From: Balanoglossus misakiensis
Taxonomy: Eukaryota; Animalia; Hemichordata
DNA length: 64,000 nt
Assembly: GCA_040954595.2 (NCBI GenBank)
Contig: CM082593.2
Location: 1,250,901-1,314,900, forward strand
Reading direction: 5' to 3'
Below the pieces are notes generated by a model, which worked only from the letters and a program-made list of their open reading frames with translations, was not told the DNA's origin and did not search any database. Below, piece after piece: positions 1 to 11,598 of the stretch. Both the position numbers and the translations under genes were made by a program. Within the stretch, counting starts at the first letter, position 1; each line of letters opens with the position of its first letter.

Positions 1-207
1 CAAATATTGCGTGCCGGGTGTGATGTCAGTGCGCCACAAGACAATAAGAACATCAATTCCTACATGACATGTAAACATTCTGGACTTGTATGGACTAAAA
101 CATTTCAAAGAAATAAATAAAAGCTGAATTCTGCTGGTAAGTGTTTCGGTCTAGATCCTGTTGATTAAAAGTTTATCTCTTTGCAGTACTATTAACATTG
201 ACATTAC

Positions 208-371
208 CTGTTTTGCAGCATTTGTCCGAAGCCGATGACGAACCATCAAGACAATACGAGTGTACAGGATGATCATCAGAAACCATGGAATCAGAGTGTA
301 ACTAAAAAGTATAATCACCAAATGTCCAACCTGCTGGAATTTTTCATAAATACAAAGTCCGGCATATTGAG
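208..371 (-). CDS. Gene A GPCR coding exon 3 (ECL2, TM5, start of ICL3); absent from the ORF track
   Basis: Acceptor tttctatttcag. (A)QYAGLCIYEKFQQVGHLVIILFSYTLIPWFLMIILYTRIVLMVRHRLRTNAAKQ. Donor CAG|GTAATG. Confidence 0.88.
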
Positions 372-1169
372 CTGAAATAGAAATTAAAGTGACAATTATG
401 TTTCCATGATATTGGTGTTTGTGTTCATTCCATAAATAATGTAACTGTGGTATACTTATTTAGATTTGCAAATTTGATCTGGTTATTATACATTAGATAT
501 GTCAGTCTTTGTAAAGAGCACGTTCTATCTCCTTGTGTCCAGGCGTGCGTAAGGTGATTGACTGCCATTGTGCAGATATCACTCTTGAGTTTTTAAACCT
601 TCAGTGTAAGTCTCACTAACTTTGTATCTCCCTTGAAAGCCATTGTTCAGATTTCCTGAAATATCACACTTTAATTTTAAAACCCATTTTGAACCTTAAC
701 CATCAAAATACACGCCTTTCAAGCATCCATTGTGTATATAAAAAGGGGCTATCTTCCAGAAATTTTGCTTTTATTGCCTGTAATTGTCAACAAGCCAGAA
801 TTAACTCACTTGTGTTGCCAGTGAGCATGATGAACTCATTTTCGACAGCTGTGCAATTATCAAGACTGATAAACACAAATTGCCAGTGTTTCTTTGATGA
901 AAAAGAAACGTGACCAGAAACAAATTGTGCTACTTAAAATTTTCCTGGGGTGTTATTTTGTAAAGTGATCATGACGCCTGCACAGTCACTTGACCGAGGC
1001 TTTGTTGTTTAACAACATCTTTAACATGTCTTCTGATGCAGAAGTGAAAGTTGTAAAGTAACTATGACATTCAACACTGAAGGAGACATGCAGAGACAGA
1101 TGGCTAACATGGCAACACAATGTCCCAGTTATTGTTGGGGTTACTCTTTCTAAAAAGTAATTCACCCAC

Positions 1170-1391
1170 CTGGCTCTTCTTTGATGTTAACACTGAATGA
1201 AAAAACGAAGGACATGATCCATATGGAGGTTGTTATAATGATAGCTCGACGCTTCGTCACCCTGGCGGTAAATTTGAGCGGTTCTGATACTGCTATGTAG
1301 CGTATAATTGTTATGGCCACCAGATTGTACGATGAACACATAAATCCAGCGTTGAGCATGGCAAAGATAATTTGACAAAGGGCCCAGTTTG
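1170..1391 (-). CDS. Gene A GPCR coding exon 2 (TM3, ICL2, TM4)
   Basis: Acceptor tttttattcag. (S)NWALCQIIFAMLNAGFMCSSYNLVAITIIRYIAVSEPLKF...SIWIMSF...EEP. Donor G|GTGGGT. 222 nt, phase 1-1. Confidence 0.9.
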
Positions 1392-2183
1392 CTGAATAAA
1401 AATAAAAATAATAATTATAATTATAACATCATCACCATCTAGCAGAGATATTAACGATCTTGAGAAGTAAAACAAACATTTGCTGTCACCGATTTTTTTC
1501 TATTTCAACTCCATGTACTTTGACAATATCTATGAATACGAACCAGGTAGGTAATGCTAACCTATTGTATGAATCATTTAGCTTGAAAATGGGCCATTAT
1601 ATGATCCTCACAGCACAGTTATTCTTAGAACAGTTTAGAATGTCTCACTTATGAAATCTCAAAAGATTCAAAGAAATCAGTTTGTAGCATCATGTTTCAA
1701 TACAGTTTGCTTTTAGGGGAGAGTGTAGTCTCATTGTAGAGTAACACTTAGAAATACCAATACTTTTGCAACGACCGAATGAAGACTATCATCAAAAGAC
1801 GAAGGTACTTGGGTTCAGTCACATGAAGCATTTTTCATGATATGTGAATGAAATAGCTCTAAAGAAGCCTCAGAGATTATTTTTCAGCTTTCTATGAGAT
1901 GCGAAAATGAAAAAGATAACCTAAACTGAATCGAATAGAACATAACATGCAAAAGAAAGGTTTGAATACACATTAAAGGAGAAATATGAAGTGTTAAAAT
2001 ATAAACCGAGAGAGTCTTGGCAAATAGGTCACATTTTTGTGGGAACATGAGTTTAGGTTTTGCCTCTTATACTAGATTGGTGTCATATTAAATTTCAGAC
2101 GCACGATGTCCCTAATGATTTAAAGATTTCATTTCAGCGGGTAAATTAGGCTCAGGACATGCAGACCATAATGACATACTCAC

Positions 2184-2532
2184 ATCCAATTTGTGAAACG
2201 ACGGTTCCCTGCATGTGGCTGAGTTGGTACGTACAATAGCTGAGCCCGGTGAGGATATCAGAGCAGGCAAGGCTTCCGATGAAGTGACTGTTGATGTTAC
2301 TACGAAGCGTTCGAAACTTAACGACGGCTGCGATGACAAAGGAATTCCCGGTAATATTGAGGATTGTCAGAAGTAACAAAATGGTGTAGTAGTACGTGTA
2401 GTAGGTCGTGAACGACACGTTGAGGCCCGTGGAGAGTGGCTGGGTTGGTTCAGAGCCATTTGGAGATGTGTCCGTTCTTGTCGAGAAAATGTCTACAATA
2501 TCGGTGGTTGTTGATGTATTCGCCATTGGCAT
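2184..2532 (-). CDS. Gene A GPCR coding exon 1 (N-terminus, TM1, TM2)
   Basis: ATG at 2532. MPMANTS...ITGNSFVIAAV...IGSLACSDILTG...SQIG, with N-glycosylation sequons NTS, NGS and NVS. Donor T|GTGAGT at 2183. A candidate 5'UTR acceptor (tcttcttttcag) lies just upstream at about 2586. Confidence 0.9.
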
Positions 2533-2945
2533 ATGTACTCTCTTAATCCAAAAGCGAAAATAAAAGTTTCTACCAGGGTGTTAGCCTGAAAAGAAGAACA
2601 GACTTTATCGTGAGACCATTCCAAACGCCAGGGGAAACTGAGAGTGAAAACTCTGAGTTCATGTGTACACGCCTTCTGAGACAGATGAGAAGGTCTGCCC
2701 CGTGACGATAAACACGGACGTTATTCTTGCACGCGGTTTAGGTCAAGGTAGAAGAAGAATAAGTGCGTGGAAATAAAATCAATTAGAGCGCGAAAAATTC
2801 CGGGGATTTGGGCGGTGAAATGAAGTGGACTCTAATTCCAAATAAATCACGAGTAAACAACACCGATACTGCAACAAAATGATTTTGTGAATCAATCATA
2901 CAAAGTAGGGGACGTTTGTAAAAGCTTCCCGTGTTGCTCTTGTCA

Positions 2946-2960
2946 GTTGCTATGGGCAAC
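2946..2960. promoter_or_regulatory. RFX X-box motif upstream of gene A
   Basis: GTTGCT-ATG-GGCAAC is a near-palindromic match to the X-box consensus GTNRCC(N0-3)RGYAAC, about 415 nt upstream of the gene A ATG. Confidence 0.5.
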
Positions 2961-5900
2961 GTGCAGTTCACCTTTTTGATGGATGAGTGATATGCTTATT
3001 TGCAGTAGTTGCTGCCGCCCCTTAAAAAGAAAACTCATCATTTTTTTCAAGAAAATAATCTCATTCTTCTCAGAACACGCAATTTACTTCTTTGCACTTC
3101 CCGAAAAGTACATGTTATTCCGGCTGACTGAACTTGGCATTTTATCAAGCAAATTATCTCGCGATACCATCTCGTTAACACGAGATCCCTTCGCGTGATC
3201 TCCAGACATTGTCTCAGATCTTTACATAGTATTAAGAGATCACAGATGAACCTTAAGAGCAGAAGAAATACCTTGAAACCACGAGTTAGTATTGTGAGAT
3301 CTCAAAAAGCACAACTGCAATATTGTGTTATTTTTGCTTTTTAAAATGACCTTTACGGATATTTCAATACATGATTGAAAGTGACAAGTAGTGACTTATT
3401 AATGTACATATTTTTAAAACTTTACACAAAGCTCTTGTAACTGTTTATTAACAGCGACGGATTTGACCTATGAACCCTTTAAGATTAATAATTTATCATG
3501 AAAATTCAAATATTTACCGCCATCTACAAAACCTCATCTTATAGTCACGTTATACAATCACACCCCAAAATAATGAACTTTACTCCCCGAACTACATATT
3601 AGAATTTTGCAACTGTGATTTAAACTTTCCTCAAAGCTGAGTAAGAAAAAAATTGGAGAAGTAAACTTTTCAAATGTACAGTCAGTAATTTTTAGGTGCA
3701 TAATATAATAGTTCCTGAAAAAATATAATTTTGATGGAAGATGTAAGGTTTGCTTTTGGCCATTTCATTTTTTAGCATATCTGATTATCGTTGCACGATT
3801 TAGGTATATGGATAATATCACCACATGTCGCTTCACAGCCAGCTATCCAAAACTAGGTCATTGCTCTAGGTGTATGTAGTGAGTATAGAACACACCACAT
3901 ATGATAGCATTGCAATTACATCCGTTAGCTCTAAATATTCAAAATTCATTTAGAATCTCTAAATAGCACTACTAGTACTTAATAGGGAGATTAATTAGGG
4001 CCAAAAATAAGGCATGCATGTCGGCTCTTTAGACGCAGATAAGAGCATTCGCGTTTTCCAAATGATAACGTTAACAATCAGAACCCAAGTTGTCTCCAGC
4101 GGCAAACAGGAAAATTTGTAAGATGCCGGAGGCCACTTTGGTTGTCCCTGAACAGCAATTTCCACGGCAAAATCTTTGTTCATTTACAAATGTAGTAAAT
4201 ATAGTCCCTGAGTGCATCTTAATATTTGCGAAGGATGGTTACTATAGTTCATAGCAATTTGTAGTATGCTCCAATCATCAAAGCAAATATCCTGATGCAT
4301 ATTAAATTCTGCCTTGAAGGTTGCACACGTGGTCATATTCAAACACTAATTCTACAGATGTTAAAAAATACTGGTATCTGCCGCTATATAGGAGAGAAAG
4401 AAACAAATTTTCACAAGTTTTATCGGTGGAGTAATCATTATACAGCCATAACATATTCGGTCGGTTTAGTGCTGACTGTTCGTGATTTTCGTTTATCATA
4501 TCATTTTATTTTCAGGCATTCGTAGCTCACAACAGTAAGATTGTTCAAACACGCAGGCTAAGTGGAAAAAAGCATTGCGATCGAAATTGAGCATAGCAAA
4601 TGAGAAATGCCACAGGCACTGTTGTTTTTGATAAAATCAAGCGATGAAATTCAGTATAGTCAGTGCCGACAGTGTTGCAGTTTGAGTACACATTATATTT
4701 TATCAATGCCAAAATGTATTAGAAGTCCATCAGAGCCCTTTTCAAACGACACACGGCGGCAAAATTATCAATTCACTTAATTTTTAATGTGAGGTATGTC
4801 TATATATGTTGAATCTCAATTCGATGAAATTGGGTTTCTTTTACGAATTCGCATAACTATAGAATTCATATCTTTGCTGCTTAATGTCTTAATCCCTGTT
4901 AAGTATGTTTGAAAACAGCATTAATTTTCTTGCCACAAGAAGTTCATTAATTGTCTGTTGATAATCCATAGTTTTCGTATTCCATAAAAAGCTCACTTGA
5001 TCTTTCATGAACATGACCTTGCAGCATGTTCAATGATGTTGTGTGAAAGTTATGACGTCACAAATTTTGCTGGTATTGATGAAGCCACCATAATTATAGC
5101 GATATACAAAATGTAATATTCTGCTCCAGTGGAATTGTGAACACTCCAATATTCCGAACCCACTCGATGACTTGTCAATATGTATTGCTTGTGAACAAAT
5201 ATTAAGCGGTACACAGAGAGAAAGACCAGAAAATAATCAACATCTGTACATGCAATTTGGCACAAGGAACGACCTTCATAATTTCCCACTGGGGACCGGC
5301 ATATTGCTCTATTCTCACCAATTTTCATATGACGCATTTTTGTCTCTTCAACACCCTGTCTATGTGTTTAGTAGCATGTATATGTGATTAATAGATACAT
5401 ACTCATCACGCCATGTGCCATGAAACTAATTTGTCAGACTGGTGTTGATTACTACCATGGGACTGTGACACATTCAATGATCATTCAATCAGAAAAGTAT
5501 ACATTAAAATTCTTTCTACGTCATATATATCAAGTACATAAGAAAGTGTAAACATGTTGATTGACCCATCCATCACCAACGATTGAAACAATACTATTTT
5601 CAAAGCCAGCATAGCGTGATGACAGGATATCATTTTTACAGTTGCAATTGGTAATTTGAAAAGATTGAAAGAGTTTGCAAGACAGAACTTTAAGCTCCAA
5701 ATACGTCAGGAAACACACTATACCACACTTCTACAAACCAAAAGTGTGTTGTCGATTTCATTTCCAATGATATGATTATCATAATGTGATTTGACACCTT
5801 AACATAAGGAAAAATCAATTTAAGGTACATAGAATTGTATAATGCCAATGGACTGTCATATAATTGAAACGATTCTCTCGATGCCCCTTGACAAAGCTTC

Positions 5901-6786
5901 AGCCTTGGATGTGGTAAATTTTATCACTAAATGCATTGTTCGTGGCCACCTTGTTAGTGCGTTTTGATGGTGACCGCGTTATACTTCTTGTTGACAGACA
6001 AGTTGCTTTGAAATCGAGTTTCCTGTAATTAAATGATTATATTGTTGTTCAGACCCTTCAAAACACGGTCAATAGACATACATTTTTATCGATTATATCT
6101 TGTGCTAGTGTTTAATTAAGTCTTCAATTATCGAATTTACTTTGTATTTCTTTAAAGTACCTGTCACGTCTTGTACATTCTCATCCACCTACCATTTGAT
6201 ATTTAAGCCAACAGTATTCGAATCTGTCTACAGAAACAAGGTTCTGAATTTTACTTCATCAACATGAATCATGGCAAAATATGTGTATATTTCAAGCCCA
6301 CAATTTTACTCCAAAAAAAACCAACATACATTGGCCTTGACAGCCACTGCGGGGTCAAATGATAGCCAACCTTGGATAATGAATGCTTACTTTTAGCAGT
6401 TGTGGAATTAGATTACAGAACTGGAATATTCTACAAACATGTAAACTTAAGCGATGCCTCCATTGCAGCAGATGTATTTCTTTTCGTCAGTCAGTGTGTT
6501 ATGTGAGCACGGATTATGGTATTGCGCAGAGGCACGTCGATTAATTCTGTAGTGTCCCTGGCAAATTCTGATGGTGGATTGATGTGAGCTGTCAACGGGA
6601 CAGCATGAAACTTTATACATCATCGTCAGCAAAAGAGTTGAGAGTTGACCAGCTCATTAACTGATATTGTCTTGCGGAGGTCAGCCGACCGATCACACCA
6701 TCGGTGAACTCGTTTCCCAGTTCAAACATCTGATCTCTTCCAATCTTTGATACCTATTTAACGTGTCTGTCCGTTGTGCATTAAGG

Positions 6787-6855
6787 ATGTCAAAACCGCG
6801 TTGTTTTTTCGATATTTCAATAGGCGGAACACCAACTGGACGAGTAGTTTTTGAG
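6787..6855 (+). CDS. PPIA: Cyclophilin exon 1
   Basis: MSKPRCFFDISIGGTPTGRVVFE; donor GAG|GTGAGA. Confidence 0.93.
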
Positions 6856-7568
6856 GTGAGAGAGGGTTATCTGTTTCTCGAAAGTTTGTCTTATGTGGGC
6901 TTAGAAATACCTACATGTCTGTGCTCGCCTAAGACGTGTGCTTGTACCGGGTATATTCTCAGTATATTGGTCTTTCTCTCTGTGAATGTCTGTTTCTATC
7001 CCTCTCTCTGTCTCTCTCACTAACACCTCCCTCCCCCACTCCCCCTAAGACCTTCAAACAAGCTACTTCATACTTAACTTTGATAAGACGACCTAGTTGG
7101 AGAATGTTATTGACCTCTGTCTTCTACATAGTTAACATTTTACAAATACCTCTTTCTATTGAAGAAACGCATGCGTCTCGCGTAACAGTTAGTCAACATT
7201 CTAACTACACGAAAGAGGTACATTGGTATGTTTGGCTTGTCTTCATAGCGAGTAGGTATTTTGCGTTAAAACTATTTAAAAAATAAAGACAAGATTTTAA
7301 GTGATCGCATTCAGATGGAGCAATCTGGCTCATGACTCCCATTGGATATGGCTTAGAACATGTTTTGAAAAGGTGTACTTTCCACAAATGGGTGTCTAAC
7401 ATCTAACCATGTACCAGTGTTAAGAGTTTCTCCTTTCACGAAACATGGTACTGGTGACTGCTGCATGACTGTAGTCAGTTCCAATGATCCGGCCCCTATG
7501 TACGGTATTAGAACACGCTGTTTAAATCTATCATATTAAATTTTCATTTTTTCTCTCTTTTGTTTCAG

Positions 7569-7599
7569 CTACGTGCTGATGTTGTACCCAAAACAGCAG
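7569..7599 (+). CDS. PPIA: Cyclophilin exon 2 (31 nt; absent from the ORF track)
   Basis: Acceptor ctcttttgtttcag; LRADVVPKTA(E); donor CAG|GTAAGA. Confidence 0.93.
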
Positions 7600-8451
7600 G
7601 TAAGAACACAATGTTGATTAACACTAAAAAAATTATATTTATAAGCAGCACAACTTATACAATAAGCAAGGTGAAGGCAGTGTTCTCTCTACTAAAAATT
7701 CAGAAGTAGTGAAGGTATTGTACTCACAGTTAAATGGACAGAAAGTAAAAGATGATGATGACATTTACACTTTAAATTCCCTGAAGTAATTACTCTCCTT
7801 CAATCAATGACTCGTTCCAGTCTGTGTGAAAAATAAAAGAAAATGCAATTAAGGCAAAGAACAGATACGGTTGAAATCCCCCAAAACAAGTAAGATAAAC
7901 CTTTGCTAATATTTTCAGAGGAACGGTGACTCGACCTCATCAATACAGGATGTAGAACTTCATTTCCACAGAACAATGAAGGCATTCTCTAATGCATATT
8001 GTGAATTCAAAAGTGATATATGAGATGAAGATGTGCTCCACAGCAAAATCATTAAAAATTAAAAAGAGAAAGTGGTGAAATATATGAAAATATATATAAA
8101 TAGCACCCCTTTTAATATACTCACCCAAAATCAAATAGAACTCAATATGTTAACCACTCTCAGGTAGCTAATGACGCGTGCATCCATCTGAAGCGATATC
8201 GCGTACACCATCTGCAAAATACACACACTTGTTTACGCTACTGCAAAGCCTCATTATCATATTCAAATGAACCTCCTTTACACAATTTTGCGACCAATAT
8301 GACAGATGTATTTTGCTTAGTCCTTCATAAGTTACACGATATAATAACACACAGACATATGTTACCAGCCCACCATGTGTTAAACTATTAATTTCTATTA
8401 AATGTGATGGTCAGGGCCATTTCTCTGTTTGTACAATATATCCCTGGTCTT

Positions 8452-8580
8452 TTAAGGTAGTATTTGCTTCAGGGAGAGATTCTCACAAAAAAATTATGGT
8501 GGTCCTCCAAACCTTTCCGTTTAAGTGTACAAGGAGCAAACAGTTCATCAACTTGTTTTCATGAAAATTTTTACTTTTAC
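8452..8580 (+). mobile_element. Truncated copy of the TTAA-flanked non-autonomous DNA transposon family (Kolobok-like)
   Basis: ttaaggtagta...gagattctcac...gtcctccaaacct...cttgttttcat aligns with the left part of the 26607 copy. Confidence 0.6.
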
Positions 8581-9619
8581 ACGTATACCGTTTGATAATA
8601 TGCACCCCATTCCCCCCTCTCTCCATGAATTAGACCAACCAAGACAGCCATCTTTCATTGCACTGACAGTTTCGATTCAAGAATGATGCGAACAGATTTC
8701 AACAGAGACACCCCGCAGGACTGGATTACTAGATTTCTATAACTAATAATGTGTCAATTTTGTCAGATGATTATTCTCCATTTATGAACACATATGCTCT
8801 CCATCTTATTTCCTGGCAAATCCATCGATAAACGAGAAAGCATAAATGCATGTTATAGTAAAGGTATTATTTGTGAAATCAGTGTTGAGTTAAAAGAAGA
8901 AGAAAAGAAGAACTTAGTAAATGTGACCTGACAATGGACAGACTAATTTTGCAATCCATTTTACTGCGCACCAATGTATCGCGTGATGATCTGTAAAAAT
9001 TATGAGTGCCGAATAATTGACGACTCTCCAGATCAGCATGATACGGTATATTATAGATAATGACAATATACACATGTGCACCAGATGTTTCTAATGACTG
9101 ATTTTATGAGCGACACACTAGCAGGTCTGTCGTTAGCTATTGACAGACAGATTGAACTCCACACAATCAAGCCGAAGTTTTGATTTACATGTACATATAC
9201 CTGATGTTTACAAGAAATGCTTGATTTGACTGGTAGATGGCTCGGATGAAACGCTGCCTTCAATAGGTAGCACAGGTTGCTATTGGCTGCAGTATAATCC
9301 ATTAACATCTTGTTCATCAGCCGTTTATATCGGGTTTGCTGAAGACATGCTTTCCTGGTAGGGTGTTCACTCTTGTCATGATCCACACCTCGAAGCTGAA
9401 TAGTAAGGTCGATGGCCAACAACAGATGCATCACCTGTAATATGCAAATTTACATGACCGGTCAAACCCAGCCAGTCAGTTACCCTATACATTCATGTGG
9501 TAAAATGTTTACCAGTACCTATATCATGCAAATACATGCATATAACTGGAAAAAAGCCTGCCACCCACCCAATATATATTCAATATTCAAAAATTTGCCT
9601 TTTTATTTTTTTTCTCCAG

Positions 9620-9805
9620 AAAATTTCCGTGCGATTTGTACAGGAGAACTAGGTCTCACATACAAAGGCAGTATATTTCATCGCATTATCCCGGAGTTCA
9701 TGTGTCAGGGTGGGGACATTACTAAAGGGGATGGTACGGGTGGGAGAAGCATATATGGGCTGGAATTTGCCGATGAGAATTTCATCTTGAAGCACGAGGC
9801 ACCAG
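9620..9805 (+). CDS. PPIA: Cyclophilin exon 3
   Basis: Acceptor tttttctccag; [10 protein letters not shown]...[14 protein letters not shown]...[22 protein letters not shown]; donor CAG|GTGAGA. Confidence 0.96.
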
Positions 9806-10522
9806 GTGAGATTTCAGTCATTACTTTTGTATCCTTTCTCATTCACTGCAGGCAAACAGTGATCTTTGAATAATGATAAAGGAATAATTCATCCTGCTTG
9901 AAAAGTTGCGCAGATCATTCAAAATCAATGATGCGCTTACAAGTGGATCATCAACCGTTATGAAGTGCAGCCACGCCCTGTAACAGTTGAGCTGAGGCAA
10001 TGTCTCTGCATATTGTCGCTGGACATACAATTTCAAGATAACGAGCTGCACAGCCTGTTTTGCACTGTGATAACACCAAAGTTCATTAATAGGTAGAGTA
10101 AAAGTTTGAATAGACGTTATCTTATAATTTCTCCGTCATATCAAATTGACAATGACCCATCCTTTTAATAAATTATGCATGTCTTTCTTGTTATAAATTC
10201 AAAAGAGTTGAGTTGTCAGTCGATATAGCGTTTTTTCTATACCTTGTATGGATATGAATAATTGAAATGTATTAATGTCCTTGGATCATTTTACGCACTG
10301 CCAATCAGCAGGAATAGACAGAGTGTATATTTAATGGAAATTACACTCCACAAAACAACACCATCAAACAAACCATTTGAAATTAAATGTCACTTCTGTA
10401 TCAAAAAGGCACACAATATTCACTCTCTTATGAGAGCCTTCTTATTTGCGAGAGGTCAACTACCACAAAGGAAGCTTCAATGATTGATTTTGCCCTCTCT
10501 ATCTGTCCAATGTTTTACCTAG

Positions 10523-10598
10523 GAACACTGTCGATGGCAAACGCAGGACCAGATACAAACAGTTCACAGTTTTTTATTTGCACTGAGAAGACAGACTG
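10523..10598 (+). CDS. PPIA: Cyclophilin exon 4
   Basis: Acceptor ttttacctag; [25 protein letters not shown](W); donor TG|GTGAGT. Confidence 0.95.
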
Positions 10599-10927
10599 GT
10601 GAGTAAAAGCAGGGAGCATTCATCCATGTGCTCTTCTTATGCATCACTTCCATTACCCAATCATGTGCATGTTAATTATTTGTTCGCTTTGAACCACCCT
10701 CAAACATCTTTTAGCCCAATCGGCTATAAGAGTGGTTCACTTGGTCCATCAAACTGTGTTATACTATTAAATGGTCTGTGGTTGGTATAATATATGATCT
10801 GTGGGTAGCCAATCAATTTAAGTTAGTTCACCCCTTTCAACGTGACCAATAAGTGCCGCGAGTATCTGACTTTGCCAAATGGTGGCGCTGTTTGCTCATA
10901 CTACCTTATTTTGATCTTGTCCAACAG

Positions 10928-11063
10928 GTTGGACGATGCACATGTTGTGTTTGGAAAAGTAGTTGAAGGAATGGATGTTGTGAGGAAAATGGAAGCCAAG
11001 GGAACCGAAGAGGGAGATACAACAGCTGTAGTGAAAATTGAAAACTGCGGACAGCTGAAATAA
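10928..11063 (+). CDS. PPIA: Cyclophilin exon 5 (terminal)
   Basis: Acceptor ttgtccaacag; WLDDAHVVFGKVVEGMDVV...KIENCGQLK then TAA. ATTAAA candidates follow at 11178 and 11337. Confidence 0.95.
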
Positions 11064-11598
11064 TTTCAATGTGATTACTACATTGTTCAAAACCACCACA
11101 GGATCATAGTTTTCACGCGATTTCCTTATTCTGCTACCAAAGATATTGTTTTTCTTTTCCCAAACATAGTCAAGCCCATTAAAAATTTATTGATAGTTAT
11201 CATTTTTTATCAAATCCAAGGCTGCTTTGTGTGACATCTCAGTTTTGCATAGTAACAAAACCTTCTGTATATTTTCTTGGGATATTTCAGTTGATTTTTA
11301 GTCATTAAATGACAACTTTTGACATGTTAGTGATGCATTAAAACATTGCTTTGAATAACAATCATGATTTACATGCATTTTTTCAGCTGTTGCAAGTAAG
11401 GCTGGGTGAGTGGACACAACTAAGCAGAAATACATATTCACAGTCGTGTGTATGATTATCTGTTCACACATGTCAGAAACAACATGAACTTTAATGCAAA
11501 CACTGTTATGATATTCACTTAAGAGCGAGTATACTTTTGGTGTAGTGAAAACAACTCGACATAATCCTGGTCGGCAGTCTCAGGATGAGCAAAAGTAG

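Larger units (their letters stand above)
208..2532 (-). other. Gene A model (3'-partial): orphan rhodopsin-like class A GPCR, TM1-TM5 visible; TM6-7 lie left of the window
   Basis: Exons 2532-2184 (349 nt), 1391-1170 (222 nt) and 371-208 (164 nt) join in frame with phases 1,1,0. Motifs: TM1 GN, TM2 LACSD, TM3 C..S..NL..IIRY, TM4 W, ECL2 C, TM5 P...Y.RI. Confidence 0.9.
6787..11063 (+). other. PPIA: Gene B model: single-domain cyclophilin-type peptidyl-prolyl cis-trans isomerase (CypA/PPIA-PPIF-like), 165 aa
   Basis: Exons 6787-6855, 7569-7599, 9620-9805, 10523-10598 and 10928-11063 (69+31+186+76+136=498 nt) give an uninterrupted ORF that is colinear with CypA numbering. R55, F60, M61, Q63, A101, N102, F113, W121, L122 and H126 are present. 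The symbol is family-level; orthology is untested. Confidence 0.95.

Noticed and set aside
8983-9101. Possible C/D-box snoRNA in cyclophilin intron 2 (GTGATGA...CTGA)
   Set aside because: No terminal stem and no recognisable rRNA guide; such boxes are expected by chance.
9300-9434. Resemblance of the antisense peptide (GV..EHP..MN) to the C1D/Sas10 domain
   Set aside because: Spacing and the hydrophobic core do not fit; too few identities.
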